Positions 1 to 11,325 of a stretch of DNA of 64,000 nucleotides are shown one piece after another. The notes under the pieces were generated by a model. It made no database searches. It had not been told where the DNA came from and saw only the letters and a program-made list of their open reading frames with translations. The position numbers were made by a program, and so were the translations under genes. Source of the DNA: Nitrospiraceae bacterium (lineage in GTDB: Bacteria > Nitrospirota > Nitrospiria > Nitrospirales > Nitrospiraceae); NCBI GenBank assembly GCA_040981105.1, contig JANRMO010000001.1:163343-227342 (forward strand). Reading direction: 5' to 3'. Numbering within the stretch: the first letter of the stretch is position 1; each line of letters opens with the position of its first letter.

Positions 1-1181
1 TCGGCGAAGGCCCGGACCGCGTCATTGTCGGGATGCTGATACTCGGCGGGCCATTTGCGCCAGACCCAGATGGGAGGCGACAACCGTTGAAAGTGCTCGG
101 ACAGGGCGGCGTAGGTGGCGTATCGCTCAAGCGATTCTCCCTGTTCCCGGCAATAGCGCTCGAAGGCTTCGCCGCGACCGGTACAGGCCCTCCGCGCTCC
201 CTCTGTTTCGAGGAAATGCGTCGCGTCGAACGTGTGAAAAAGCTGCTCAAACACCGCCCATTTCGCGGCCTGCACCCCTTCGTAGTCCACCCAGTCCGAT
301 TTTCGACAGGCCTCGATGCGGGACCGCAATTCATCGCTCGCCACCAGACGCTGGGCCCCCGGGCTCGAGGCGAATTCGGGCACCCGCTCCACATCGACAT
401 AGAGTTCGTTCAGGTACACCCGGCTGTTCGGCGAGTAGGGACTGATATGGTGGGGACGCCGATTCTTGAGCGCATGAAGAGGGTTGACTCCGATCGCCTC
501 GGCACCGAGATCGGCCGCGGCCCAGCGGACCAAGGCCTCAAAGTCGGTGAAATCGCCGAATCCCCAATTGCGCTGCGACCTGAGCGCATAGAGTTGGGTC
601 CACAGGCCCCAGACACGTCCGCCGTCTTGAAAGGCGCCGGACGTGTAGCAGCCGGACGGCGTCACGATCAGGAGCGTATGGCCTTGGATGCTCCGGGACC
701 CAACGGTCGCCACCACCGACAGGTCATGGTATCCAAGGGGCACGGCCAACGGGATGTCGAGTTGAAACTGAATATGGCGGGTCCCCTCGATGGATTGCGT
801 ATCGACAGGGGCCAATCCGGGACCGGCGCGGTCGTCGGCAACTGTCCGGCCTGCTTCGTCGCGGAGGGACCAGGCGAGAGTCCATTCGCCATCCAGGCCC
901 TCTTCGGAAGGAACCCGCACCGCACAGGTGACGGAGGGTTGCCCGGCCTGGACGATGACGACAGGATCACAGATCCGCCGCCACGGCCGGAACCTCACCG
1001 CCTCCCAAGACCGGGTCAGGTGCTCGGGAGAGCCGGCCGGCACGCCCATGGCCTCCAGCACCGCCCGCTTGGTCTCCTCCGAAACGACATGGTGTTGCCC
1101 CCAGACATCGTAATAGTGATCGGCGATGCCATAATGGCCGAGCAGTTCGGTGAGGCAATCGGGTTCGTGATGGTCGGTCAT
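1..1181 (-). CDS. malQ: 4-alpha-glucanotransferase (amylomaltase), 3' end outside window
   Basis: Manual minus-strand translation from ATG at 1181 (MTDHHEPDCLTELLGHYGIADHYYDVWG) includes the GH77 motif GVNPLHALKN..HISPYSPNSRVYLN; absent from the ORF track because it runs off the edge. Confidence 0.85.
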   Translation of the reverse strand, partial: MTDHHEPDCLTELLGHYGIADHYYDVWGQHHVVSEETKRAVLEAMGVPAGSPEHLTRSWEAVRFRPWRRICDPVVIVQAGQPSVTCAVRVPSEEGLDGEWTLAWSLRDEAGRTVADDRAGPGLAPVDTQSIEGTRHIQFQLDIPLAVPLGYHDLSVVATVGSRSIQGHTLLIVTPSGCYTSGAFQDGGRVWGLWTQLYALRSQRNWGFGDFTDFEALVRWAAADLGAEAIGVNPLHALKNRRPHHISPYSPNSRVYLNELYVDVERVPEFASSPGAQRLVASDELRSRIEACRKSDWVDYEGVQAAKWAVFEQLFHTFDATHFLETEGARRACTGRGEAFERYCREQGESLERYATYAALSEHFQRLSPPIWVWRKWPAEYQHPDNDAVRAFA

Positions 1182-1329
1182 GGAATCGGGTAGAAGTCTG
1201 CGAGATGCGCCGAGACCTGTCAAGTCACGATGACGGCGACAGCCGAACAACAGTACAATCGGACGCCGGCACGATGGAGCGACGGAGGTCCTGCATGGTC
1301 ATGGACAAGCTTTCCGGCCGATATTCGTC

Positions 1330-2304
1330 ATGCGATCAACGATACGCCTGCCCGTGAGCGCCGATTTCAACAAGCAGGACAGAGCCGATCCTTCCGATGG
1401 TCCCGGCCGTCCCCCTATTGGCGACGCCCTGGTTCGCTTCGGAACCAGCTCATGGGCCTATGAAGGCTGGCAAGGCCTGATCTACCATCGCCCCTATGCC
1501 AAGAGCCGCTTCAGCCGGGAGTGCCTCTCCGAATACGCCGCCTTTCAGCATGAGGACCGCCCCCTGTTCGACACGGTCGGGATCGATCATACCTTTTATC
1601 GTCCGGCAACGTCTTCCCAATTAGCATCTTATGCCGCCCAGGTCCCGCCGACCTTCCACTTCTGCCTCAAGGTCTGGGAAGAGCTGACGATCCCTGCCTT
1701 TGCGCGGCTTCCCCGTTACGGAAGCAAGGCGGGAAGCCGAAACCCTCGATTCCTCGATGCGGATCTCTTTCGAGATGTAGTCTATGAGCCGGCGCGACAG
1801 GGCCTCGGTGAAACCCTAGGGGTCTTTCTCTTTGAATTCCAGCGGACCGGCCTGACCGTCGAGGAGTTGCTCCGCCGACTAGAGCCGTTTCTGAATCGCC
1901 TTCCGCCTGGCCCCCGGTACGCGATCGAGATCCGCAATCCGGCCGTCCTTGGCCCTCGCTACCGGGATCTGCTCGCGGCCTACGGCGTCGCCCATGTCTA
2001 CAACCACTGGTCCCTCATGCCGGACCTGGCGTCACAGCATCGGTCTCTCGGCGGCCGGTTCTCCGCCCCGTTCATCGTTGCCAGACTCATGACCCCCTTG
2101 GGCCTGGCCCACGCGGAGGCGGTCGAGCGATTCGCCCCCTACAATCGGCTGGTTCTGCCTCAGCCGCGGATGAGGCAGGACACGGTGGCCCTGATCCGGC
2201 AGGCCCGGTCCGAACATCGGACGGCCTATGTGCTAGTCAACAATCGCGCGGAGGGCAACGCTCCCATGACGATCCGGCAACTTGTCACGCTGCTCAAGTC
2301 CTGA
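1330..2304 (+). CDS. DUF72 family protein
   Basis: FGTSSWAYEGW, DHTFYRP, YAIEIRN, VLVNNRAEGNAP motifs; true start may be slightly downstream. Confidence 0.85.
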   Translation: MRSTIRLPVSADFNKQDRADPSDGPGRPPIGDALVRFGTSSWAYEGWQGLIYHRPYAKSRFSRECLSEYAAFQHEDRPLFDTVGIDHTFYRPATSSQLASYAAQVPPTFHFCLKVWEELTIPAFARLPRYGSKAGSRNPRFLDADLFRDVVYEPARQGLGETLGVFLFEFQRTGLTVEELLRRLEPFLNRLPPGPRYAIEIRNPAVLGPRYRDLLAAYGVAHVYNHWSLMPDLASQHRSLGGRFSAPFIVARLMTPLGLAHAEAVERFAPYNRLVLPQPRMRQDTVALIRQARSEHRTAYVLVNNRAEGNAPMTIRQLVTLLKS

Positions 2305-2417
2305 CCTGGCCCGCCTCCGCCGGCGATTGCTCGGCATCGACGTGGTTGGTAAGATGACATACGAGTTCGGCGGGAATCTGGTTCTGGTTTATGACAGCTC
2401 CCGCCCCGGAGGTTTCC

Positions 2418-3152
2418 ATGAACAAGCCTCGACGATCACCCGGCATCGCTTCGCTCATCGGTCCGCTCACGATGGTCTTCCTCTCCGGGCTGGCTCAGAC
2501 CGCGGAGGCCTCCAAGATCGAGGTTACCGGAGATTACCGCTATACCTTCCATGCGCCCGAATCCGCAGCCGACGCCAAGGCATTGGCCTGCCGTGAGGCC
2601 GCACGGATGGCGGTCAGCGCCTCATCGGTCTATCGGGACGCGACGGCTTCTCTGGTGGACTCGGCCTTGAACCGACAGATCCTCGACCAGGTCGTGAAGG
2701 ACGCGCTGAAGGAGACCCGTGTGCTCGAGCAGACCGAGAAGGGGACGACGGTCTCCTGCAAAATCTCCGGCTCGCTGGAGTCGGAGGATGTCTCCCGCAT
2801 CGTGCTGGCCGGCGCCAGAGGAAGCAGCGATCCCGCCGCGCTCGGAACGGATCAGAACCGCGCCATTAAGATTCTCAATGTGCAGGACGATCGGGAAGGC
2901 CACCTCCTGGTGACCTTCCAAGCCCTCCGCCGGCTGGACTGGCAGAATACGGCCTATCAAGGGACATTGCGCGATCAAGCCGACGTGATGGTGGAGTTTT
3001 TCGACGCCCAGGGACTCCTGCTCGCGACCGCACGCATTCCGGCCAGAAAGACCCAGGGAGGCGACGATGTCATGAATGCCGGCCAGGTCGGCGTGCACAA
3101 GATTGCCAAACCCCTCAATACCGCCTCCCACCGAGTCTGGGTTGCCCCTTAA
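2418..3152 (+). CDS. Hypothetical exported protein
   Basis: GGAGG RBS before ATG 2418; signal-peptide-like N-terminus ending AEA. Confidence 0.7.
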   Translation: MNKPRRSPGIASLIGPLTMVFLSGLAQTAEASKIEVTGDYRYTFHAPESAADAKALACREAARMAVSASSVYRDATASLVDSALNRQILDQVVKDALKETRVLEQTEKGTTVSCKISGSLESEDVSRIVLAGARGSSDPAALGTDQNRAIKILNVQDDREGHLLVTFQALRRLDWQNTAYQGTLRDQADVMVEFFDAQGLLLATARIPARKTQGGDDVMNAGQVGVHKIAKPLNTASHRVWVAP

Positions 3153-3176
3153 GTCAGCAATCGATCAGTTACGAAC

Positions 3177-3214
3177 AAAAAACCGGGTGAGAGGCGCCTC
3201 TCACCCGGTTTTTT
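3177..3214. terminator. Bidirectional rho-independent terminator
   Basis: AAAAAACCGGGTGAGAGG-CG-CCTCTCACCCGGTTTTTT perfect inverted repeat between convergent genes. Confidence 0.9.
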
Positions 3215-3245
3215 CATCCCACCACCGTGTCCCGACAGTCGGGTG

Positions 3246-4088
3246 TTATTTCTCCGCTCCCAAGGGAGGCAAGTTGATCCCCATCCGCTCCAACCCCATG
3301 ATGACGGTCAGAGCCGACGGCGAATGTTGCACGATCTCCTTCTGGACCTCGATGCGGCGCAGATCCACAAATTCCGGGGCAGTGAGCCCCAGCGCTTCCC
3401 GATAGGCGCGGTCCGCAATTCCCCGCTGTTTTTCCGCCTTCTCCCGGGCCTCTTCGGCCTTCTGAAATTCGATCATCGTGATCCGGCGCTGTTCCTGAAT
3501 GATTGTTTGGGCGGTCTGTTCCAGTACGCCCTTGGGCGGCAGGATGCTGCCGACGACGACTCGGTTGAGGCGAACCGGGATGTTCTGCTTCTCCAGCAGG
3601 TTCACGCGCAACTGCTGCGCGATGGCTTCCTGCAATTTCGTGCGGGTCGTGGGATCGGTGGTCAACTGAAACAACGGATACTTTTGGACCTCCTCCCGAA
3701 CCATCGTCCGGAAGGCCTCCTTCACGTTGTTGACATACCAGTTCGGCCCGAAGCGGCTGATCAAATCAGGCGACCGTCCTTCGATCACGTTGGCGATCAT
3801 GAAGGCGTCAAACGAGACGGGCGCGTTTTCCGACGAGATGATGTCGAAGTGCTCGGAGTATTGGATCGGGCGCACATCCACATCGATCACCTGCGTCGTG
3901 AGCGCCACCGCCTGGCGGCCCGTCTTGACTGGGTCGGGATCGACTCCCCCATGTCCGAAGAAGAATGGCTTTTCGACCATGACCCCTTCGTGCCCCGCGT
4001 CGATCGCCACCAGGGCACAACCCGCGGTGAGGGTCATCACGCCCAGCATGGCGGCCGTGAAGACACCGGCCTGAATACCGTTCCGCAT
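3246..4088 (-). CDS. SPFH/Band 7/prohibitin domain protein, probable lipoprotein
   Basis: IDAGHEGV, FRTMVREEV, coiled-coil C-terminus; GGAGG RBS before ATG 4088; lipobox-like LTAGC. Confidence 0.8.
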   Translation of the reverse strand: MRNGIQAGVFTAAMLGVMTLTAGCALVAIDAGHEGVMVEKPFFFGHGGVDPDPVKTGRQAVALTTQVIDVDVRPIQYSEHFDIISSENAPVSFDAFMIANVIEGRSPDLISRFGPNWYVNNVKEAFRTMVREEVQKYPLFQLTTDPTTRTKLQEAIAQQLRVNLLEKQNIPVRLNRVVVGSILPPKGVLEQTAQTIIQEQRRITMIEFQKAEEAREKAEKQRGIADRAYREALGLTAPEFVDLRRIEVQKEIVQHSPSALTVIMGLERMGINLPPLGAEK

Positions 4089-4096
4089 AAGGACCT

Positions 4097-4348
4097 CCAT
4101 ACCAACCTTCGGTTGAACCGGCCGCCCTTCGATGGCTCTTGGCGGCCGGAGAAAACACCTCAAGAGATTCCTCGGCCTCTGGCCTTTCTCCATACCGACC
4201 TTCGGTTGAACCGGCGCCTCTCTTACGTTTTCACAAATTTACCGGCGCCGGAGAAACCACCGCACGGGATTCACCTCGATTGTTCTAATACCAACCTTCG
4301 GTTGAACCGGCCGCTCTTCGATGGCTCTTGGCGGCCGGAGAAAACACC
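4097..4348 (-). repeat. Three tandem copies of a two-hairpin repeat element (cluster A)
   Basis: ATACC(A/G)ACCTTCGGTTGAACCGG...CCGGAGAAA(A/C)CACC at ~4097-4159, 4190-4261, 4288-4348; copies 1 and 3 differ by one base in the core. Confidence 0.9.
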
Positions 4349-4436
4349 TTGCCGCCGACAACACCTAACGTAGCTTACGCACCGGAAAATCAGGCTGTCA
4401 AACGGGGTCGTGTGTGAAGCTCCTCATGGATGGGGC

Positions 4437-4850
4437 TCAATAAATCCCCGCCTGCCGTTGCAGCCATCGGACGTATCGGATGATCTCCGCCACATCCTGA
4501 GGCGTCACCCCGTCAATCTTGGGCATATCCCCGAACTGCCAATGATGCGCCCGGACCCCGTTGGCGGCCGCGCGTTGAAAGGCCACGTCGGCGTGATGGT
4601 TCGGCTCGTAGATCTTATGGACCAGCGGCGGCCCCTGGGTTGTGCCGGTGCCCCGCTCTCCGTGACAGCGGAGACAGTTCGCTTTGAAGAGCCCTTCGCC
4701 CTTGAGCACATCGGCCGGAGTTGTCCCGGCCTCCTGATTGGCACAGGACCCGCTCGCCAGCAGGCCGACCAGTCCCGCCACAATCCCAAATCCGAGGACG
4801 CCGCATTGCCGCAAGCGCCGCCGGATCGCTCTTGATGTCGGTTGGATCAC
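4437..4850 (-). CDS. Monoheme cytochrome c
   Basis: CLRCH heme motif, GPPL, distal Met (GDMP), N-terminal hydrophobic segment. Confidence 0.85.
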   Translation of the reverse strand: MIQPTSRAIRRRLRQCGVLGFGIVAGLVGLLASGSCANQEAGTTPADVLKGEGLFKANCLRCHGERGTGTTQGPPLVHKIYEPNHHADVAFQRAAANGVRAHHWQFGDMPKIDGVTPQDVAEIIRYVRWLQRQAGIY

Positions 4851-4927
4851 CCGCCTTTTCCTCTCCTGATCTCCTCGCCTCTGGTCCGATCTTCTCTTCT
4901 TCAGCAGCGGGAGGAGCCTCCCGACAT

Positions 4928-5113
4928 CTACGGCCTCTTCGAGCCTGTCGATGGATCGGAAGCAGGCGCGTCCGGATCAACCCCGAACTCTTCCTTCAAC
5001 ATCTGCGCCGTGCGGTTCATGGTGAGGCGGCGATAGATCCGCACCGACACGGGGATCACGACGATCAGCCCGATCGTCAGGTACATGAAAAATTCTTCGG
5101 GTGAGACGCTCAT
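4928..5113 (-). CDS. Small single-pass membrane protein
   Basis: ATG overlaps the queC stop; MSVSPEEFFMYLTIGLIVVIPV hydrophobic stretch. Confidence 0.6.
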   Translation of the reverse strand: MSVSPEEFFMYLTIGLIVVIPVSVRIYRRLTMNRTAQMLKEEFGVDPDAPASDPSTGSKRP

Positions 5114-5805
5114 ACTGACTCCTCGCGTCCGGCGTAGGTAATGGGATCGGTGAACCCCGCCGCCTCGAATCCTGCCAGGCGAATCTGGCAACTGTCGCAT
5201 CGGCCACAGGCCGTCCCGTCGGGAGCGGGATCGTAGCAACTGTGCGTCAGGTGCAAAGGAGCCTGGTGGGCCATGCCGAGCCGGACGATCTCGGCTTTGG
5301 ACTTGTGGAGCAACGGGGCGCAAATCTCGATCCCTTGCCCTTCCACGCCGGCCCTGGTGCCCAGGCGGGCCGTCGTCTCAAACGCGCGCAAGAATTCAGG
5401 CCGGCAATCCGGATAGCCGGAATAGTCCACCACGTTGGCGCCGATGTAGACACGCCGGGCGCCGATTGTTTCGGCATAGCCCACGGCCAGAGACAGGAAC
5501 AGGCTGTTGCGCGCCGGCACGTAGGTGACCGGAATAGCCGCCGCTCGATCCGCCGCGGACCGTCCTTTCGGCACCGGCACGTCGCCGGTCAGGGCGGAGC
5601 CGCCGATCGAGCGGAGATCGACCTGGACAATCCGGTGATCGGACACCCCCAGCGCCCGCCCGATGGCCAAGGCCCGCTCGACTTCGACCTCGTGGCGCTG
5701 TCCGTATTGCACCGTGAGAAAAAACAGTTCGTGCCCCTCGCGCTTGGCAAGGGCCGCGGCAACCGTGGAATCCAGTCCGCCGCTCGCAAGCACCACGGCT
5801 TTCAT
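5110..5805 (-). CDS. queC: 7-cyano-7-deazaguanine synthase
   Basis: SGGLDS PP-loop, YVPARN, YPDCRPEF, THSCY..CGRCDSC. Confidence 0.96.
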   Translation of the reverse strand: MKAVVLASGGLDSTVAAALAKREGHELFFLTVQYGQRHEVEVERALAIGRALGVSDHRIVQVDLRSIGGSALTGDVPVPKGRSAADRAAAIPVTYVPARNSLFLSLAVGYAETIGARRVYIGANVVDYSGYPDCRPEFLRAFETTARLGTRAGVEGQGIEICAPLLHKSKAEIVRLGMAHQAPLHLTHSCYDPAPDGTACGRCDSCQIRLAGFEAAGFTDPITYAGREESV

Positions 5806-6000
5806 GTCTGGGTCTCGGTCGCGGGTACGAGAGTCGGTCCGTCATGGACCAAACAAAGACTCACATACCGTTCAGAGGGAAATCAACCGTTCGAACCGAG
5901 AGGAACACACCTGAAGCAGGCGGGTCAAGCGGCACCGACAACCACGTTTGAGTCGAAGGACGGGACATTGTCCGGCGCGGCGGAGGCACGGCCTACGCGG

Positions 6001-6582
6001 CTAGTCCCGCTCCTCTTCCTTTTCAATTCGCTCCAACAACTCTTGCCGCGCCTGACATTCCACGCAGAGCTTCGCAAACGGCATCACCGCCAATCGCCGC
6101 TCGCTGATTTCCACACCGCACTCGGCGCAGATGCCGTATAATCCGTCGCGCAACCGCCCTAAGGCTTCGTCGATCAATTGGCGCTTGCGATTGCGCATCT
6201 CCATCAGGGAAATCCCGACTTCCCGCTCGAGATCCATGAGGGCCTGATCGCCGACATCCTTGGCCGATTCCAACCGCTGCTGCTGATCTTCCGTCACCGA
6301 CTGTCCGAAGCTGCCGCCGATTTCCTTGAGAATCTCCTGCCGCTTGGCCATCAACATGCGGTGCAGCGAGTCGTACCGTTCCTGCTGGTCCGGCGTCAGC
6401 ATCGCCGGCCGCTTCGGCTTGGCTTCGGGCTCCGGTTCGACCGGAAGCGCCGCGGCCCCTGCCGGCTCTTTGCTGCTGTTCGAATCTTTCATCGGGGATA
6501 TGGGTTTGGTTTTGCTCATGGTCTTGACCGGCTGCTTGGCCTTCTCAGCGACCTGCTTTTTGGGTTGCGCTTTCGCCGCCAT
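6001..6582 (-). CDS. dksA: DksA/TraR family C4 zinc-finger transcription factor
   Basis: DVGDQA coiled-coil tip; YGICAECG..I..RRL..P.AKLCVECQ. Confidence 0.85.
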   Translation of the reverse strand: MAAKAQPKKQVAEKAKQPVKTMSKTKPISPMKDSNSSKEPAGAAALPVEPEPEAKPKRPAMLTPDQQERYDSLHRMLMAKRQEILKEIGGSFGQSVTEDQQQRLESAKDVGDQALMDLEREVGISLMEMRNRKRQLIDEALGRLRDGLYGICAECGVEISERRLAVMPFAKLCVECQARQELLERIEKEEERD

Positions 6583-6728
6583 GGGGTCCTCACGTGAGGC
6601 GTGACGCGTGGGGGCCGAAAAAAGTTCGGAATCTATAACACGCCGTCATGGCTTTTACAAGGGCGCGAGCCGGCGGTCTCTCGGCCGCCTGTCGATCGAG
6701 AAGGCCTGCGTCCTACCGGATTCGGCGG

Positions 6729-7244
6729 TTATGGATAGGTCACCGCGGCGAACAGGTTGTACCCCTGCAACCGCTCCCGCCCCTTGAGAAACTCAAGCTC
6801 AACCAGAAATCCCAATCCGGCGACCCGGCCCCCAAGTTGCTCCACCAGATGCACCGTCGCCTCAGCGGTGCCGCCCGTCGCCAGCAGATCATCCACAATC
6901 AACACACGTTCGCCCGGCACGATCGCGTCCCGATGGATGGCCAGCGAGTTCGACCCATATTCGAGATCGTACTTCACTTCGAAGGTATCGGCCGGCAGCT
7001 TGCCCGGTCGCCGGACCGGCACAAACCCCGCCTTGAGTTGTGTCGCCAGAGCGCCGCCCATGATAAACCCCCGGGACTCGATGCCGACGACTTTGGTGAC
7101 GTGATCGCGATCGAATCGGCGCTGGATATCGGCCAGGATGGCCCGAAAGGCCTCCGCGTCTTTCAGGAGGGTCGTGATGTCGTAGAACAGGATGCCGGGC
7201 TTGGGGAAATCCGGGACTTCCCGGATCAGCGCTTTATAGTTCAC
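6729..7244 (-). CDS. apt: Adenine phosphoribosyltransferase
   Basis: PDFPKPGILFYDIT, GIESRGF, VLIVDDLLATGGT. Confidence 0.96.
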   Translation of the reverse strand: MNYKALIREVPDFPKPGILFYDITTLLKDAEAFRAILADIQRRFDRDHVTKVVGIESRGFIMGGALATQLKAGFVPVRRPGKLPADTFEVKYDLEYGSNSLAIHRDAIVPGERVLIVDDLLATGGTAEATVHLVEQLGGRVAGLGFLVELEFLKGRERLQGYNLFAAVTYP

Positions 7245-7258
7245 GTCGAGATCGAGTT

Positions 7259-8239
7259 CTACAGGAGGTCATCCTGCCTGATGGTCTGCCGCTCCATCGC
7301 CGCCCGGATCTTCCCCAGCGCCGCCATTTCAATCTGGCGGACCCGCTCGCGGGTCAACCCCAGTTCGCGGCCGATCTCTTCTAACGTTTTTGCCTCCCCT
7401 CCATCAAGTCCAAAACGCGAGATGACGACCATCCGTTCCTTGTCCGGCAGTTGGCGGACCCAGTTCATGAGTTCTTCCCGTCGCTGAATCCCCTCCGCGC
7501 TGTCCGCCGGCGACACCACCCCGGGGTCTTCGATCACGTCCCGGAGGAACGTATCGCTGCGGTCGTTGATGGGGCTGTCGAGCGAACAGGTGGTCCGGAT
7601 CAACTGCTTGAGATCCTCCACGTCTTCTTTGGGCAGCTTGGTGCGCAGGGAGATCTCCTCGACCGTCGGTTCGCGTCCGAGTTCCCGAACCATCTTTTCG
7701 ACGTCTCCGAGGTACCGGTTCAGCCGTTCGACGACATGGACGGGCAGCCGCACGAGCTTCGATTGGTTGATGATCGCCCGCTCGATGAACTGGCGAATCC
7801 ACCAAGAGGCGTAGGTGCTGAAGCGGAACCCGCGCTTGTAGTTGAACTTCTCGACGGCCTTGATCAGCCCGAGATTGCCCTCTTCGACGATGTCGGCGAA
7901 GGGAAATCCGCGGTTCATGTAGCGCTTGCCGATGCTGATCACCAGGCGCAGATTGGACTCGATCATCTGGGTCCGGGCCTGTTCATCGCCGGCCATCACC
8001 CGCTTGCCGAGTTCCTGTTCCTGTTTGAAGTCGAGCAACGTGGAGCTGCGGATCTCTCGGAGGTAGGTCTTGACGGTATCCAACCCCTCCGAGCGGCCGG
8101 CGCCTCGGCCGCGTCCCTTGGAGGGCTCCGATCCGTCGAGACTTTCTTCTTCACCCACCCCCGCATCCTCGTCGGCGTCGACGGCCCGAGCGCGCTTCCG
8201 GTTTCCATAGGCCATGGAGGTCTGTGCTCGCTTTTGCAC
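7259..8239 (-). CDS. RNA polymerase sigma-70 factor, RpoS/RpoD-like (lacks region 1.1)
   Basis: [52 protein letters not shown]. Confidence 0.9.
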   Translation of the reverse strand: MQKRAQTSMAYGNRKRARAVDADEDAGVGEEESLDGSEPSKGRGRGAGRSEGLDTVKTYLREIRSSTLLDFKQEQELGKRVMAGDEQARTQMIESNLRLVISIGKRYMNRGFPFADIVEEGNLGLIKAVEKFNYKRGFRFSTYASWWIRQFIERAIINQSKLVRLPVHVVERLNRYLGDVEKMVRELGREPTVEEISLRTKLPKEDVEDLKQLIRTTCSLDSPINDRSDTFLRDVIEDPGVVSPADSAEGIQRREELMNWVRQLPDKERMVVISRFGLDGGEAKTLEEIGRELGLTRERVRQIEMAALGKIRAAMERQTIRQDDLL

Positions 8240-8243
8240 GGGA

Positions 8244-8525
8244 TTAGTACCAGATCTGGAAGGTCTGCTCAGTGCCGGACGGCGCTCCCCACTCGATTTC
8301 CACTCTCTCGACCCTGGCCATGGGCGGCCCCTGCCGCAGCAACTCGATCAGCGCGTCCACGTCCTTCCGCACGCCTTCGATGATGGCCTCCACGCGGCCG
8401 TCGTCCAGATTCCGAACGCCGCCGAGAAGGTTCAGGCGAAGGGCCTGACGCTGCGTAAACGCCCGGAACGCCACCCCCTGGACGATCCCGCTGACCAGCA
8501 CACGCGCACGAACCAACTCGCTCAT
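8244..8525 (-). CDS. acyP: Acylphosphatase
   Basis: [30 protein letters not shown]. Confidence 0.9.
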   Translation of the reverse strand: MSELVRARVLVSGIVQGVAFRAFTQRQALRLNLLGGVRNLDDGRVEAIIEGVRKDVDALIELLRQGPPMARVERVEIEWGAPSGTEQTFQIWY

Positions 8526-8773
8526 GGTCAATGCTCCTGGCAGATTAGCACAACATCCTCGTGACACAAGTAAATGGGCGAATCGTGCGGCCACACACCT
8601 GTCCCCTCGTGCGTTGTCCGCGCCCGCAAGATTCTTCACAAAACGCTACCATGCTCAACCTCCCTCTGCACAGGCGAGCACAGGCGGTTCAGGCTGCTGG
8701 TTTGTGCGTATCGCATCGACTGAGAAAAGTCGAAAGAGCGACCATGAGGAGGAAATGCGGCGGGATTTAACAG

Positions 8774-9200
<427 letters not shown>

Positions 9201-9231
9201 ACAAGGCATGTATCTATCGGAGGGAGTGCGG

Positions 9232-10335
9232 CTAGGTCAAGGGCTCGAATCGGAGACCGTGGGCTTCCGCCACGCCTCTGTGCGTGACCGTCCCGTAGGC
9301 CAGATTCACACCCTTGGCCAAGGCTGGATCAGAACGGATGGCCCGTTCCGCTCCCTCCGAGGAAAGGCGGACTATAAAGGGCAGGGTGGCGTTGGTCAAG
9401 GCTAAAGTGGAGGTTCGCGGCACAATGCCCGGCATGTTCGGGACGCCATAATGGAGGACGCCGTCAACCTTGTAGACCGGATCCGAATGGGTGGTGGGCC
9501 GGATCGTTTCCACGCACCCGCCTTGATCGACCGCTACATCGACGATGACCGACCCGGGTTTCATCCCGCTGACCACGGCGCGGCTGACCAGCTTGGGCGC
9601 CTTGGCTCCCGGCACCAAGACGGCTCCGATCACCAAGTCGGCGTCCAGCACGGTCTGATCGATCGCCCATTGATTGGGCGCCAAGGTGACAATCCGTCCC
9701 CGATAGAGGGCATCCAACGCGCGCAGCCGCTCCAGATCCAGATTAATCACCGTTACCCTCGCTCCCATTCCCACGGCAATCTGCGTGGCGGCGCTGCCCA
9801 CGACGCCGGCCCCCAAAATCACGACATGGGCCGGTGCCACCCCGGCCACTCCTCCGAGCAACAGGCCCCGGCCTCCGTGGAGCCCCTCCAGGTAATGCGC
9901 GCCGATCTGCACGGCCATGCGGCCGGCGATTTCGCTCATCGGTTTCAGCATCGGCAGGCTGCCGTCGGCCAGGGCCGTCGTTTCGTAGGCGATCGCCAGC
10001 ACGCGCGCGTCAAGCAAGGCTTTGGTCAGTTGCGGCAGCGAGGCCAGATGAAGATAGGTGAAGAGCGTCTGTTGCGGACGGAACAAGGGACATTCTTCCA
10101 GCAGCGGCTCCTTCACCTTGACGATCAACTCGGCCTCGGCGAACAGGTGCGCCTTGTCGCGGGCGATCTGCGCGCCGGCCTTTCGGTACTCTTCGTCCGG
10201 AAACCCGGACCCGTCCCCAGCCGAGGGTTCCACCAGCACTCGATGGCCCAACCCGACCAGCGTCCTGGCTCCGTCCGGCGTAAGGCTGACCCGGTACTCA
10301 TGGTCCTTGATCTCTTTGGGTATCCCGATGATCAT
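9232..10335 (-). CDS. ald: Alanine dehydrogenase
   Basis: [54 protein letters not shown]. Confidence 0.96.
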   Translation of the reverse strand: MIIGIPKEIKDHEYRVSLTPDGARTLVGLGHRVLVEPSAGDGSGFPDEEYRKAGAQIARDKAHLFAEAELIVKVKEPLLEECPLFRPQQTLFTYLHLASLPQLTKALLDARVLAIAYETTALADGSLPMLKPMSEIAGRMAVQIGAHYLEGLHGGRGLLLGGVAGVAPAHVVILGAGVVGSAATQIAVGMGARVTVINLDLERLRALDALYRGRIVTLAPNQWAIDQTVLDADLVIGAVLVPGAKAPKLVSRAVVSGMKPGSVIVDVAVDQGGCVETIRPTTHSDPVYKVDGVLHYGVPNMPGIVPRTSTLALTNATLPFIVRLSSEGAERAIRSDPALAKGVNLAYGTVTHRGVAEAHGLRFEPLT

Positions 10336-10541
10336 CGATACCTCCCGGGTATTGCGTACTGCCACGAGTCATATTATACGCCGTTCATGCCAGGCTCAGA
10401 AGCGCTGCGCCCTCCACGTGCACCGACAGCCATGCCGGTCGCATCCGGCGCGGTGGACAGTCAGGAAAGCCCTGTTGTACACTCCTGCGACAGCGAGACC
10501 GGAGCGACGTTCAGGCGAACGTCACAGGATCAAGGACCGCG

Positions 10542-10922
10542 ATGATGACGACGTGTGACGGATGTGGAACAGAAAAGGGGCCTCTGATGAAGCTTTCGCT
10601 CGGGAAGGACTTCTTCGGCCGTCCCTATGACCGGCTCTCCCCGTCCGCCGACCAAAGCCCGAAATGGTATTGCGAACCCTGTTCCATGCAGAAAAACCTG
10701 CAGCGCGACTATCGCGACATCCGCGGCGAGTTCGAGAAACTCAAGCAGCGTGACGGCTCCCTGCTCGATCGCCCAGAGGAGTTGCAGCGCGCCCAGTTGC
10801 GCCTGCGCGAGATCGTTACACTCCTGAGCGCCTCCGCAACGCCCCAGGCCCTGCTCGCTCCGGGAGAAGTGACGCAACTTCTCGGAGACATTCAAGCCCG
10901 CTCGCAGGCTCAGCCGGCCTGA
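10542..10922 (+). CDS. Hypothetical protein with two CxxC pairs
   Basis: CDGC and CEPC; RBS-like AAGGA; first gene of an apparent operon. Confidence 0.65.
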   Translation: MMTTCDGCGTEKGPLMKLSLGKDFFGRPYDRLSPSADQSPKWYCEPCSMQKNLQRDYRDIRGEFEKLKQRDGSLLDRPEELQRAQLRLREIVTLLSASATPQALLAPGEVTQLLGDIQARSQAQPA

Positions 10923-10939
10923 CCGCATTGTGAGACACC

Positions 10940-11296
10940 ATGTCAGGCTTCAAGCATCACATCTTCGTCTGCATCAACCAGCGCCCCAAAGACGATCCGC
11001 GCGGCTGCTGCGCCAATCAGGGATCGGAGCGGCTGCATGCCTTTTTCAAGAAGGAAGTGGAGCGGCTCGGGCTCAAGGGGATGGTTCGGGCCAACAAGGC
11101 CGGCTGTCTCGACCATTGCGAATACGGCCCCAGTGTCGTGATCTATCCCGAAGGGGTCTGGTATTGGGTAGGCTCGGAGGCCGATGTCACGGAAATCATG
11201 GAACGCCATATCGTCAAGGGCGAGATTGTCGAACGGCTGTTGATGCCCAATCATCAACCAGGCACCCCGCCCGGACTCCCTCATCTGCACCTGTAA
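10940..11296 (+). CDS. Thioredoxin-like [2Fe-2S] ferredoxin
   Basis: HIFVC..R..C, GCLDHCEYGP.VVIYPEGVWY. Confidence 0.9.
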   Translation: MSGFKHHIFVCINQRPKDDPRGCCANQGSERLHAFFKKEVERLGLKGMVRANKAGCLDHCEYGPSVVIYPEGVWYWVGSEADVTEIMERHIVKGEIVERLLMPNHQPGTPPGLPHLHL

Positions 11297-11325
11297 GCCG
11301 TCCGCGGCTCGCCCGCGCCGACACC

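Noticed and set aside
33-1193. 386-aa plus-strand ORF
   Set aside because: Antisense shadow of malQ, which carries the recognisable motifs
4097-4348. Cluster A as a CRISPR mini-array
   Set aside because: Units are 60-75 bp with variable interiors, the linkers share sequence (GATTC), and single copies occur elsewhere
3243-4373. 376-aa ORF with repeated C-terminal peptides (HTNLRLNR...PEKTP)
   Set aside because: Shadow of the SPFH gene; the peptide repeats are translations of DNA repeat cluster A
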